Below are positions 9,552 through 18,636 of a DNA stretch of 64,000 nucleotides, in pieces. Every line of letters starts with the position of its first letter. The first letter of the stretch is position 1. Position numbers and translations under genes: made by a program. Below the pieces are notes generated by a model, which saw only the letters and a list, made by a program, of their open reading frames with translations, searched no databases and was not told where the DNA came from. This DNA comes from a bacterium. GTDB taxonomy: Bacteria > SAR324 > NAC60-12. Where the stretch lies: the NCBI GenBank assembly GCA_965209155.1, contig OZ242383.1, forward strand, positions 864,001 through 928,000, written 5' to 3'.

Positions 9552-10223
9552 ATGAAAATAATTCTTGCAGGTGCCGAGTATGTCGGTACCACCACATTCG
9601 CCAATGCGATCAACGACTGGAAATTGGGAACCATGGGGGAAGGATTTCCAATCATTCATGACCATTTCAAGATTCCGCATACATCCGGGCACCCGGACGA
9701 TACCACACCGGAGGAACAGCAACAGATCCTGGCAATGACGCCAAAATTGTTGGAGATGTACACACGTTACAGTATTTATTATCATATTATGCATTACCAA
9801 CAGCCTGACGACCTGACTGTGGGGTTGCACATCGAAGAGGCTGTTTATGCTTCGTTGTATTTCAACTATGGGCATCCTGACGAATTTTTTAGCCGCGAAA
9901 CAATGCCGGGACGTGTTGAGGAAGCAATCAAATTGTTGACGGATGATCCGGTTGTTGTGGTACACATGACAGCCAAGCCTGATGTGATCAGACAACGAAT
10001 GAGGAAGGGCCCCCATGAGAATGCGGTACTGCAAGAGAAGGACATTGAATTGGTTCTCGAAAAGTTCGAACAGGGGGTGGCAAAATCCAACCTGGGGCCA
10101 AAATTACGCATTGATACAAGCGATGATTCCGTAGAGGATTGCGTAAAGATATTCGCGTCTCAAATTGAACCGCACCTGACGACGCACGATCGGGAACGAA
10201 TCGCATTACATCAAGGTCGGTAG
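9552..10223 (+). CDS. Nucleoside/nucleotide kinase-like P-loop protein with divergent Walker A
   Basis: N-terminal IILAGAEYVGTTT, VVVHMTA..DVIRQRM and IDTS..SVED fit the NMP-kinase fold; SD GGAG upstream. Confidence 0.6.
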   Translation: MKIILAGAEYVGTTTFANAINDWKLGTMGEGFPIIHDHFKIPHTSGHPDDTTPEEQQQILAMTPKLLEMYTRYSIYYHIMHYQQPDDLTVGLHIEEAVYASLYFNYGHPDEFFSRETMPGRVEEAIKLLTDDPVVVVHMTAKPDVIRQRMRKGPHENAVLQEKDIELVLEKFEQGVAKSNLGPKLRIDTSDDSVEDCVKIFASQIEPHLTTHDRERIALHQGR

Positions 10224-10247
10224 TCGCGAGAAGTCTGAAAAATTTTA

Positions 10248-11624
10248 ATGCATATCGAAGCGGATTGCCCGCATCGCTGTACCTGCCCAGAAGAAACAAA
10301 AGGGTTCCTCCCCACTGAACGCCAAAAGCACAAAATGGACTTTCCGAAAGAGATTTCGAACCTGACGATTCTGCAGATCGGATCAGGCCCATGGCAAACA
10401 ACTTCTGAAATTGGAAGTGGCTCGTCAATCCTTCATGAAAACTTACATAATTACTTGCAGACACTGGCTGGTAAAGCATACTCTGCCTATCAGTGTGCCG
10501 AACGTCATCAACATTTCACAACGCCACTACCCAATGTCTTTGTCTCACCAACACCGGCAGTCAAGAACGACGGAAAAGAATGCCCCTTCCCGTGCGTGTA
10601 TGACCCTCTACCCGACTCCGATGCCATTTACTTTGATCTCAATCCAATCAACCAGGCTCGCTGTTTAAGCGGTGTGAAAAATTTCATAGAGGTATCTCTC
10701 GAGCGTGTCCGTTCAGCAACTGGGGGCTATCCCGACGTAATCTACGTTCATCATGCTTCCTTCAACGCTCTTGCCTTAATCGATGTGATGGAGGTGAATA
10801 AAATCGCCATACCCTTTTGCACTCACGTGCACGGAACGGAACTGAAGGCTGCTGAGTTGTACGGCCAAAGCGCCCAACAGGCTCTCAGCCGCGTCATCGA
10901 TGCCTCAGCGCAAACAATGTACATATCTACTGACAACAAAGACCGACTTCTCTCTCTCGTTCCAGATGTAGACGAGGGTCGACTTGCGTACTTACCTCCA
11001 TGGCTCAATGAAGACTTGTTCTTCGCTAACTCAGACGCAACATCAGCTGATCCACCCAAGGTTGTACTGGTGAGCCGTCTATCAGAGTGGAAACGCATAG
11101 AAGCGTTGATTCTGGCTGGAGAGCGTTTCATCCCCGAGGAAGAGGCGACAATAGAAATAATCGGAGATGGCCCGGATAGAGAACGATTGGAGAGCATGGC
11201 CAGGGAATCCTCCATAACAGAATCAATAACCTTTCACGGATTTTGGGATCACAACGCCTTGGCAACATACCTGCGCAATGAAGCGAGCTTAGTGGTCAAC
11301 ACGTCACCACTCGAACCCTTTGGGCTCACCGTCATTGAGGCCATGGCTTGTGGCGTTCCCGTTATCGCCACGAACCGAGGGGGTCCTGCCGATGTGCTTT
11401 CGCCCGCAGTTGGAGCACTCATCGACGACAGCGAATCGTTAGAGGAGTATGCCGGACGATTAGCTGCCACTGTTTCACAGGCCCTTCGAGAGGATTGGCG
11501 AACAACCAAAGGCGCAACCTGCGCTAACGAAGCAAAGCAATACGGGATTCACAGTCGGGAAGAGCAGTTCATCGATGTCCTGACAAAGACAATAATATTC
11601 GGTCATGGACGGTCCCATGATTGA
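10248..11624 (+). CDS. Glycosyltransferase family 4 protein (true start may be ATG 10335)
   Basis: HVHGTE, VSRLSEWKR, IGDGP and EPFGLTVIEAMACGVPVIAT GT4 motifs. Confidence 0.88.
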   Translation: MHIEADCPHRCTCPEETKGFLPTERQKHKMDFPKEISNLTILQIGSGPWQTTSEIGSGSSILHENLHNYLQTLAGKAYSAYQCAERHQHFTTPLPNVFVSPTPAVKNDGKECPFPCVYDPLPDSDAIYFDLNPINQARCLSGVKNFIEVSLERVRSATGGYPDVIYVHHASFNALALIDVMEVNKIAIPFCTHVHGTELKAAELYGQSAQQALSRVIDASAQTMYISTDNKDRLLSLVPDVDEGRLAYLPPWLNEDLFFANSDATSADPPKVVLVSRLSEWKRIEALILAGERFIPEEEATIEIIGDGPDRERLESMARESSITESITFHGFWDHNALATYLRNEASLVVNTSPLEPFGLTVIEAMACGVPVIATNRGGPADVLSPAVGALIDDSESLEEYAGRLAATVSQALREDWRTTKGATCANEAKQYGIHSREEQFIDVLTKTIIFGHGRSHD

Positions 11625-11829
11625 GAACATGCCGGCCAAAGCCTCTGGTCGAGAAACGATGTTTAATCATGTCGGAGAAGAATTCGAAAGCGCTCCTTCC
11701 CTCGCCGCTATCATCCGCTATGAGTTGGAAGACTCCCGTGACTGGGGTGACTTTTCGCTGGGCCGGTACGCCGACGCGGGCATCCCGTCAGATGGAGCTT
11801 GTTTTTATGATGCGCAAAGGGGCCTTTAA
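11617..11829 (+). CDS. Short hypothetical ORF coupled to the GT4 gene, probably a truncated remnant
   Basis: ATG overlaps the GT4 stop (ATGATTGA); 70 codons; no recognised domain. Confidence 0.35.
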   Translation: MIENMPAKASGRETMFNHVGEEFESAPSLAAIIRYELEDSRDWGDFSLGRYADAGIPSDGACFYDAQRGL

Positions 11830-11951
11830 ACCTCGGGGGCCCCTTGTCTGAAATCAAGCATTTCCGCTTTGCCCAACGGTGAAACGTTCCAGACCACCCA
11901 CCCCGTCAAGAATCCTGATAAAAAATTAATATAGGCTCACTGAATTTTGCC

Positions 11952-11980
11952 TTTACAAACCTGTTCCCAGGTGCTATCGT
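11952..11980 (+). promoter_or_regulatory. Putative sigma70 promoter
   Basis: TTTACA, 17 bp spacer, TGc-TATCGT upstream of the 12028 ORF. Confidence 0.5.
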
Positions 11981-12027
11981 TTTAAGTAATTTTTGATTTA
12001 CTTACTAAGTATGAATTAAGGAGAAAA

Positions 12028-12648
12028 ATGGATATTTCTGTTGAAAAAGGAAAAGAATTTGTGGTGGATGGCGAAAGAATCCATGCCAACAATATGAAAA
12101 TTCGTGACAATGGTATGTTGGAATTTTTTCGTGTTGAAGAAGAGTCACTTGGAACCGTCAGTAAAATTATGGTGGCTCAAGTGAGAAAATGGAATCGATG
12201 GCAAATCGTAAAAGAATTAAGAATTGCAGAGACCTCCGACGAAAGACCAAGGAAAGAGACAGTCGATGCGTCAAATTTGGCGAATTCGGAACAGGCTCCG
12301 GAAAAACCGAAAACTCCAGTCCTCAAAAAAACCGCTAAGCCCGACATGCAGGATGCACTGGGTGAAGTTGATATGATAAGTGAGACCAAGACTTTCACCG
12401 ATGCCAAAATCCTCAATGCAATCCGCAAGGTATTACGTTCTCCTGCAAGCCGTGATTGGGAAGGAAAACAGTTGCGTATTTCTGAGATTCTTATGGAGGC
12501 CGGTTTGATTACGTACAAACGACAAGCCACTCCTTTCGTATCGAAACACCGGTCGACCGTCGAACTTGTGAAGAAAGCCGGATTCATACGGAAGCAGGTC
12601 GAGAAAGGGAAATATCCGAAGTACGTTTACATTATTGAAGTGAAGTGA
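12028..12648 (+). CDS. Hypothetical protein with basic C-terminal domain
   Basis: Strong SD TAAGGAG, 206 aa ORF, own promoter; no family recognised. Confidence 0.8.
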   Translation: MDISVEKGKEFVVDGERIHANNMKIRDNGMLEFFRVEEESLGTVSKIMVAQVRKWNRWQIVKELRIAETSDERPRKETVDASNLANSEQAPEKPKTPVLKKTAKPDMQDALGEVDMISETKTFTDAKILNAIRKVLRSPASRDWEGKQLRISEILMEAGLITYKRQATPFVSKHRSTVELVKKAGFIRKQVEKGKYPKYVYIIEVK

Positions 12649-12692
12649 TGATCATTTTTTGTAATTTTTGATTTTCCTGTCACCCCAAAAGG

Positions 12693-13667
12693 ATGCAGAG
12701 TTCCATGAGACAAACATCAATAACTCCCATCGAAAATAAAGTATTTGGCGCCGTGGTCACGAATGTTAATCTGAAGCACCTCAGAGAGGCTGAATTTTCG
12801 GAGATTAAGGCTGCATTCCTGAAGTTTGGTTTCCTGGTGTTTCCTGACCAGTTTTTAACGGACGAAGCAAGCATTCATTTCGGAGAACGGTTTGGCGAGT
12901 TGGAGTTTGGCGCAAATTCCTTTGCTAATCAGCAAAAAAATGAAGATGGGTCCTATGGCGAGATTCTTGATCTGAATACGCAACGCATGAGAACCAATGT
13001 GGGCAACGAGTTCTGGCATACGGATTCGACTTACAAGCCTGTGAGCAGCAAGTGCGCTATCCTGTCCGCAGTGGCAGTGACGGAGGAAGGAGGTGAAACC
13101 GAACTGGTCGACATGCGCGCGAGTTATGCTGCTCTCGATGAGGCCACCAAAGCGCGCATCCGAGATCTGAACGCCTACCACTCCACCCAATACTCTCAGG
13201 CGAATGACGTGGGCGACTTCCCGCCACAAGAAGAGGACGGAATCTATCACGGCCAAGCTTACCTGCGGCCCTTGATCAAAATCCATCCGGAGACCGGCGT
13301 CAAGAACCTGTTTATCGGCCGACATGCCTTTGGCATACCTGGCCTGACTCGAACGGAAAGCCGGGAGCTGTTGCAATCCCTGCTGGACTTCGCCGTTTCG
13401 GATCCAAGCCGGGTTTATACTCACAAATGGCGAGTGGGGGACACGCTACTCTGGGACAACCGGGCTCTCCTGCATCGTGCCAAACCCTACGACTATCGCA
13501 AAGCCCGCGTCATGATCGCAACACGAGTCGCCGGTGACGTTGCCACAGAACTCGCTTACTACCCCTCTGACCCGGAAGCTCAGGCCGGCAGGGAAGCGCT
13601 TGCCGCGGAATTGGCTATCCTGCGGAAAGAAACCGTGGAGAAACGGTATGGAGCGACCACTGTATAA
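12693..13667 (+). CDS. TauD/TfdA family Fe(II)/2-oxoglutarate dioxygenase
   Basis: WHTDS (HxD), GGET, HPETG and LWDNR..LHRA motifs. Confidence 0.92.
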   Translation: MQSSMRQTSITPIENKVFGAVVTNVNLKHLREAEFSEIKAAFLKFGFLVFPDQFLTDEASIHFGERFGELEFGANSFANQQKNEDGSYGEILDLNTQRMRTNVGNEFWHTDSTYKPVSSKCAILSAVAVTEEGGETELVDMRASYAALDEATKARIRDLNAYHSTQYSQANDVGDFPPQEEDGIYHGQAYLRPLIKIHPETGVKNLFIGRHAFGIPGLTRTESRELLQSLLDFAVSDPSRVYTHKWRVGDTLLWDNRALLHRAKPYDYRKARVMIATRVAGDVATELAYYPSDPEAQAGREALAAELAILRKETVEKRYGATTV

Positions 13668-13757
13668 CGCCTCAAATTCAATAAAGGTCGTTTGTCAATC
13701 CTCGGAAAATCCCCACTAAATCTCTAACTCAATCTCAGGGAGTCCCTATTCAGTTAC

Positions 13758-13820
13758 TTTGAGGCCGCCCGCGCCACCGGCAGCACGCCCTGGCATATTC
13801 TGATAAAAAAACACCATGCT
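13758..13820 (+). pseudogene. Tiny remnant of an ABC transporter permease (EAA loop)
   Basis: GC-rich patch in AT-rich spacer translates FEAARATGSTPWHILIKKHH, matching the EAA motif. Confidence 0.5.
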
Positions 13821-14247
13821 TTGAAATGTAAGAGATCACCGACATTCAAACCAGATTTTGTAGCCATAAATATGCTGGACAAACTCTAATATTATGGGTT
13901 GAGGAGATATCTGGGATATATTTTCATAACTCAGAATAACGGATTGAAATGATATCGAAAGAGAAGTCTGAAGCAGAATTATTTCAATACTAAGAAGCAT
14001 CTCCTGATATTCACTATTGAATTTATGAGTATTTTTAACAGAAGTCTAAATTACTCACAAGTATTTCAGCTTCATGTCAAAAATTTGAAACATCCCTCGT
14101 TTCATATAATCGCCACTGGAATAAACGCTGGATTGTGGAGCGAACATTCGCTCTCGTGGGAGGACATGAAAATAATCCCTGTGAATTTTTTTGTTATTGA
14201 CTGAAGGGGTTCTTGGAGACATGAATAGTTACGCAATCATAAAGTGC

Positions 14248-14307
14248 TTGACATTCATTTTTTCTTCAAATATTTATAATGGCACTTAAACATGCATGGT
14301 GCATGTT
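14248..14307 (+). promoter_or_regulatory. Promoter plus palindromic operator for the ABC operon
   Basis: TTGACA at 14248-53; TATTTATAAT at 14271-80; inverted repeat AACATGCA-TGG-TGCATGTT at 14289-14307. Confidence 0.55.
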
Positions 14308-14348
14308 GACGTAGTTTTTTTAATTTCAATCAAAGAAAGAGGATAGAA

Positions 14349-15632
14349 ATGAAAAATAAAAAATTATTATCAACGATATCAATGCTATTTGGTATCTTTT
14401 TAAGCTCATCGGTTTTTGCCCAGACCACCATCACATTTGATGCCTGGATGTGGTCGGAGCCGAATTTCAAGCCTATGGTAGAAGCGGTGGTGGCCGAATT
14501 CGAAAAATTGAATCCGGACATCAAAGTGGAAATGCGCGGTGGGGGTTGGGCAGAAACCCGTCAAAAGTTAATGATGCGGGCCGCGGCTGGAGATGCGGAA
14601 GATGTGATGATGTTGGACACGGACTGGTTTTACTTCCTGGGATCTGCTGGCGTATTGGCAGATCTCCGAGAATTGGCCAGTCAAGAATTTCTTGATGATC
14701 TCTACCCGCAAGCCATTGCTGCAATGGAGGTCGATGGAGAACTCCCTGCAGTTCCGTCTGCGCTGACCCCTTGGGGAATGTGGACCAATCAAGTGCTTAT
14801 GAAGCAGTACAATCTCAAGCCAAATGTGACCTTTGATGACGTCTATGACAACTGTCTTACGCTCAAAGAAGTAGGTGCCGATGCGCAAATTCTTCATCCA
14901 TTTGGTACGTTTCGGCAAACCCCTTTGGATTTCCGCATGTGGGCCTGGTGGAATTTTGGTGTTGAATTGATGGACCCCAAACATCTTGAAGACGGGGAAA
15001 CCGGTTACGATGTTCCTGGTACGAAAAAAATGTATGAGTGGCTCAGGAAGATGAACAATGATGGTTGTTTTGTACAGTATGGGGGTGATGGTAGAAATGC
15101 CCTTTCTCACTTTGAAACCGTTCTCCTCAATGACGGACCCTACTACCTGGGAATTGGACGAAACTCCAACCCGGAAATGCTCGGTGGGGATAAAATCTAT
15201 GACGTGTTCACGGTAGAAGCCATTCCTGTCCTGGAAGAAGGGCAAACACCCAGGACTCAAGGTGTCGGGCATGCCATGGCCATTTCCGCGCAGTCGGACC
15301 ACCAGGAAGAAGCCATGCGGTTTGTGGAATTCTGGGTCAGTCATGACAAAGCCATTGACCTGTATACCACCCCGATGGGAGCCGTTACTCCCAGTATCAA
15401 AGGACAGCAAAAGCGTATGGTCGCAGGCGGTGATTATGATAATCCTGTCAAACGCGGTTATATCGAAAATGTTATGCCCGGCATGACCTTTGTTCCGTAT
15501 ACGGACAATTGGACGGCAGCCGGCAAAATCACCTTTGATGCCTGGGGTAAAGTGGTTTTGACGGATGAGCCGATTGACGACATTATCAAGAATACGGAAT
15601 CGACCCTGAGAGTCATTTTGGATCTTGACTAA
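14349..15632 (+). CDS. Carbohydrate ABC transporter substrate-binding protein
   Basis: Signal peptide ending VFA, EFEKLNPDIKVE, AISAQSDHQEEA.RFVEF; upstream of permeases. Confidence 0.9.
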   Translation: MKNKKLLSTISMLFGIFLSSSVFAQTTITFDAWMWSEPNFKPMVEAVVAEFEKLNPDIKVEMRGGGWAETRQKLMMRAAAGDAEDVMMLDTDWFYFLGSAGVLADLRELASQEFLDDLYPQAIAAMEVDGELPAVPSALTPWGMWTNQVLMKQYNLKPNVTFDDVYDNCLTLKEVGADAQILHPFGTFRQTPLDFRMWAWWNFGVELMDPKHLEDGETGYDVPGTKKMYEWLRKMNNDGCFVQYGGDGRNALSHFETVLLNDGPYYLGIGRNSNPEMLGGDKIYDVFTVEAIPVLEEGQTPRTQGVGHAMAISAQSDHQEEAMRFVEFWVSHDKAIDLYTTPMGAVTPSIKGQQKRMVAGGDYDNPVKRGYIENVMPGMTFVPYTDNWTAAGKITFDAWGKVVLTDEPIDDIIKNTESTLRVILDLD

Positions 15633-15640
15633 TACCCTGT

Positions 15641-15678
15641 TGCCTGGGGGACCGCATTGCCTTTCCCCAGGCATTTTT
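15641..15678 (+). terminator. Stem-loop/intrinsic terminator after the SBP gene
   Basis: TGCCTGGGG...CCCCAGGCA followed by TTTTT. Confidence 0.7.
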
Positions 15679-15836
15679 ATTTGGCCTCTCCTCTGCCAGC
15701 TCAAACTCTTCCTATCATATTCGATACGATCAAGCCAATGGCAAAGGGTGTGAATTTAATAAAGCGTATAAATCTTAAGGTACGAATGCAATGAGTTTAC
15801 TGTCCACTAAACCATGAAAATTTGTCGAGCGAGAAG

Positions 15837-16715
15837 ATGAGCTTAAAAGAGAAAGAAAAATGGTTTGGGATCGCTATTGCTCTGCCCGGGTTGCTGATGG
15901 TTTTTGTCACGATTTTTTATCCCTTGGGAGTGGGGATCGTGCACAGCTTCAAAAAAGCCCACCTGTTGAAATTGAAAAAGGCCACATGGAACGGATTGGA
16001 CAACTATGAGAAACTCTTCAGCGATGATCTGTTTTGGAATGCGCTTTCCAATACCATCATCATGACCACTTTATGGACTTTCGGCGCAGCGCTTCTGGGC
16101 CTGATACTGGCTGTGGCTCTCAACCGCGAGCGGATGATCGACCGCATCATTGGCGGCATGCTACTGATTCCCTGGATCATGCCTCCAATCGCTGTTGCCT
16201 TTATGTTTCAATACATGTATGCGGGGCGTAACGGCATCATCCTTGAATTTTTAAAAATCTTCGGAATCGAAAGAAAATCTGGCATGTCACTTTTTATGGA
16301 TCTGACCTGGGCGCAGCCCACGATTATCCTGACAACCATTTGGATGGCGTTTCCTTTCTTCCTGGTGATGTTCCTGGCAGGATTGAAGACCATCCCTAAG
16401 GATATTTTAGAAGCGGCCACCATCGACGGAGCCAGTCGGATTGCAAAATTTCGCTTCATTACCCTGCCCTTTCTCAAGAATATCATTGTTATCGCCACCA
16501 CGTTGTCGATCATATGGGGGTTCAATTTCTTTGATTTAATCTTTGCAACAACCCGGGGTGGTCCAGTGAACAAGACAGATACGCTGGTGACCTTCGCGCA
16601 ACGAGTGGCCTTTGAAGAACTGAATCTGGGTTATACATCAGCCTTGGGGGTTGTCTGGTTGATCGGACTCACCATCTTTTCTTACATTTATCTCAGGGCG
16701 ATGAAAGTGATTTAA
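15837..16715 (+). CDS. Carbohydrate ABC permease (MalF-type), copy 1
   Basis: Transmembrane helices, EAATIDGA motif, TRGGP; upstream TTG start at 15822 also possible. Confidence 0.93.
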   Translation: MSLKEKEKWFGIAIALPGLLMVFVTIFYPLGVGIVHSFKKAHLLKLKKATWNGLDNYEKLFSDDLFWNALSNTIIMTTLWTFGAALLGLILAVALNRERMIDRIIGGMLLIPWIMPPIAVAFMFQYMYAGRNGIILEFLKIFGIERKSGMSLFMDLTWAQPTIILTTIWMAFPFFLVMFLAGLKTIPKDILEAATIDGASRIAKFRFITLPFLKNIIVIATTLSIIWGFNFFDLIFATTRGGPVNKTDTLVTFAQRVAFEELNLGYTSALGVVWLIGLTIFSYIYLRAMKVI

Positions 16716-16731
16716 TCGAAAGTAAAATATT

Positions 16732-17610
16732 ATGGCAGATACAGTTATCAAAAACCCTGCGACTTTTGTGGCAGAATCAATAAGAAGTGTCGTCTTGTTT
16801 GCCGGGGTAATGCTCGTTATGTTTCCAGTACTCTGGATCATCTCCACCTCGTTACGATCCAATCCGGAAACTCAATTAGCCCCACCGAATTTACTCCCCC
16901 AAACCTTTACTTTCGAATATTACTCCATCAAACAGTTTGGTGGAGGGACCTCGGCGGGCATGACCAACGAGTTTGTTCCCAATATTATGAATGGACTGTG
17001 GGTGGCCTTCTGGGTGACTTTGCTGGCGGTAGTCCTGGCAACGATGACCGGTTACAGTTTTTCAAGATTTTCTTTTACCGGGAGAAAATCTCTGCTGGTG
17101 CTCCTGCTCAACACGCAAATGTTTCCCTACATTGCTATCATTGTCCCCCTCTACATCATGTATCGCACGTTGGGATTGCTCAACTCGTTCACCGGGTTGA
17201 TCCTGGCAGAAGTAGGCCTGGTGTTGCCCTTCTCGATTTGGATGGTCAAAAGTTTTTGCGACACCGTCGATAAGGATTTGGAAGAAGCCGCGCTCATTGA
17301 AGGAGCTTCCCGGCTCCGTATCTTGTGGAGCATTGTGGTTCCCGTCATTTCACCCGGAATTATCTCGGTAGCCATGTTCTCCTTCCTGGCCTCCTGGAAC
17401 CATTTGCTTTATGTGATGATTTTGAACACACGGGATAGTAAAATCACCGTGCCCTTAGGGTTGATGCGAACCTATGGGGAAGGTTTTTACACGCATTATT
17501 CGGAAATGGCTGCCGGCATTGTCATCGTCTCAACGCCGGTACTGATTGTCTTTATCTGGTTGCAAAAATATTTTGCTTCCGGACTGTCCGCGGGTGCATT
17601 GAAAGGGTAG
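16732..17610 (+). CDS. Carbohydrate ABC permease (MalG-type), copy 1
   Basis: EEAALIEGA, FLASWN, GLSAGALKG terminus. Confidence 0.93.
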   Translation: MADTVIKNPATFVAESIRSVVLFAGVMLVMFPVLWIISTSLRSNPETQLAPPNLLPQTFTFEYYSIKQFGGGTSAGMTNEFVPNIMNGLWVAFWVTLLAVVLATMTGYSFSRFSFTGRKSLLVLLLNTQMFPYIAIIVPLYIMYRTLGLLNSFTGLILAEVGLVLPFSIWMVKSFCDTVDKDLEEAALIEGASRLRILWSIVVPVISPGIISVAMFSFLASWNHLLYVMILNTRDSKITVPLGLMRTYGEGFYTHYSEMAAGIVIVSTPVLIVFIWLQKYFASGLSAGALKG

Positions 17611-17709
17611 GTTCAAGCAGAAGGAGAAAAAACTCCGCTGCCTCCCAACTATTAAGTAAAACTTCAATCATTTAATTAACTAACCCCAACTCAACATCAG
17701 GAATTTTTT

Positions 17710-18636
17710 ATGGATAAGGCATTGGAACCTGCTTTGGAGAAAGCCCATCGACGTCCCTGGTTGACGCTGGAAAGACGGAAAATGTGGTTTGGGGTGATGA
17801 TTGTCACCCCTGGGTTGCTGATGGTGTTCGCCACGGTTCTTTATCCTTTGGGATACGGCATCATGATCAGCTTCAAAAAAGCCCATTTATTGAAATTGCG
17901 GAAAGCCAAATGGGATGGATTTGGTAATTATGAGAAACTCTTTAACGATGATCTATTTTGGAATGCATTGCAAAATACAATCGTGATGACCGGATTGTGG
18001 ACTATTTTCGGTGCTGCGCTTGGTCTCATGTTCGCCTTGGCTCTGAACCGGGAGACCAGGGCCAATCGCATCATTGGAGGCGCACTGCTGATTCCCTGGA
18101 TCATGCCTGGGGTCGTGATTGCCTACATGTGCGTTTTTCTCTTTGAATCGCGTAATGGCATCATGTTCGAGACCTTAACGAATCTGGGGATTTATCCCGT
18201 GCGCGAAAACGTCTGGACCTCGTTGGCTTATGCGAAACCCACCATCATTTTTATCACCACCTGGATGGCTTTTCCTTTTTTCATGGTGATGTTTCTGGCA
18301 GGGCTGAAGACGATTCCAAAAGAGATTGTCGAGGCAGCTGAGATCGACGGAGCGAATCGCGTGCAAAGTTTCTTTTACATCACCCTGCCTTATCTCAAAA
18401 ATATCATTGTCATCGCAACCACGCTATCGATCATCTGGGGGTTCAATTTCCTGGATATCATCTATGCCACGACCCGGGGTGGTCCGATCAGCAGTACAGA
18501 AACGATGGCCTTCCTCGCCTGGCGCATGGCCTTTGAAGTTTTGGACCTGGGGTACACCGCGGCCCTGGGAGTGATTTGGTTGCTCGTGCTTTTAGTTTTT
18601 TCTGTTTTTTATCTCAAATCGATGAAGGTGATCTGA
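17710..18636 (+). CDS. Carbohydrate ABC permease (MalF-type), copy 2
   Basis: EAAEIDGA; shares long identical segments with 15837-16715 (SFKKAHLLKL, KNIIVIATTLSIIWGFNF). Confidence 0.93.
   Translation: MDKALEPALEKAHRRPWLTLERRKMWFGVMIVTPGLLMVFATVLYPLGYGIMISFKKAHLLKLRKAKWDGFGNYEKLFNDDLFWNALQNTIVMTGLWTIFGAALGLMFALALNRETRANRIIGGALLIPWIMPGVVIAYMCVFLFESRNGIMFETLTNLGIYPVRENVWTSLAYAKPTIIFITTWMAFPFFMVMFLAGLKTIPKEIVEAAEIDGANRVQSFFYITLPYLKNIIVIATTLSIIWGFNFLDIIYATTRGGPISSTETMAFLAWRMAFEVLDLGYTAALGVIWLLVLLVFSVFYLKSMKVI

Noticed and set aside
14568..15704. 378-aa antisense ORF
   Set aside because: Shadow frame of the SBP gene; no motifs
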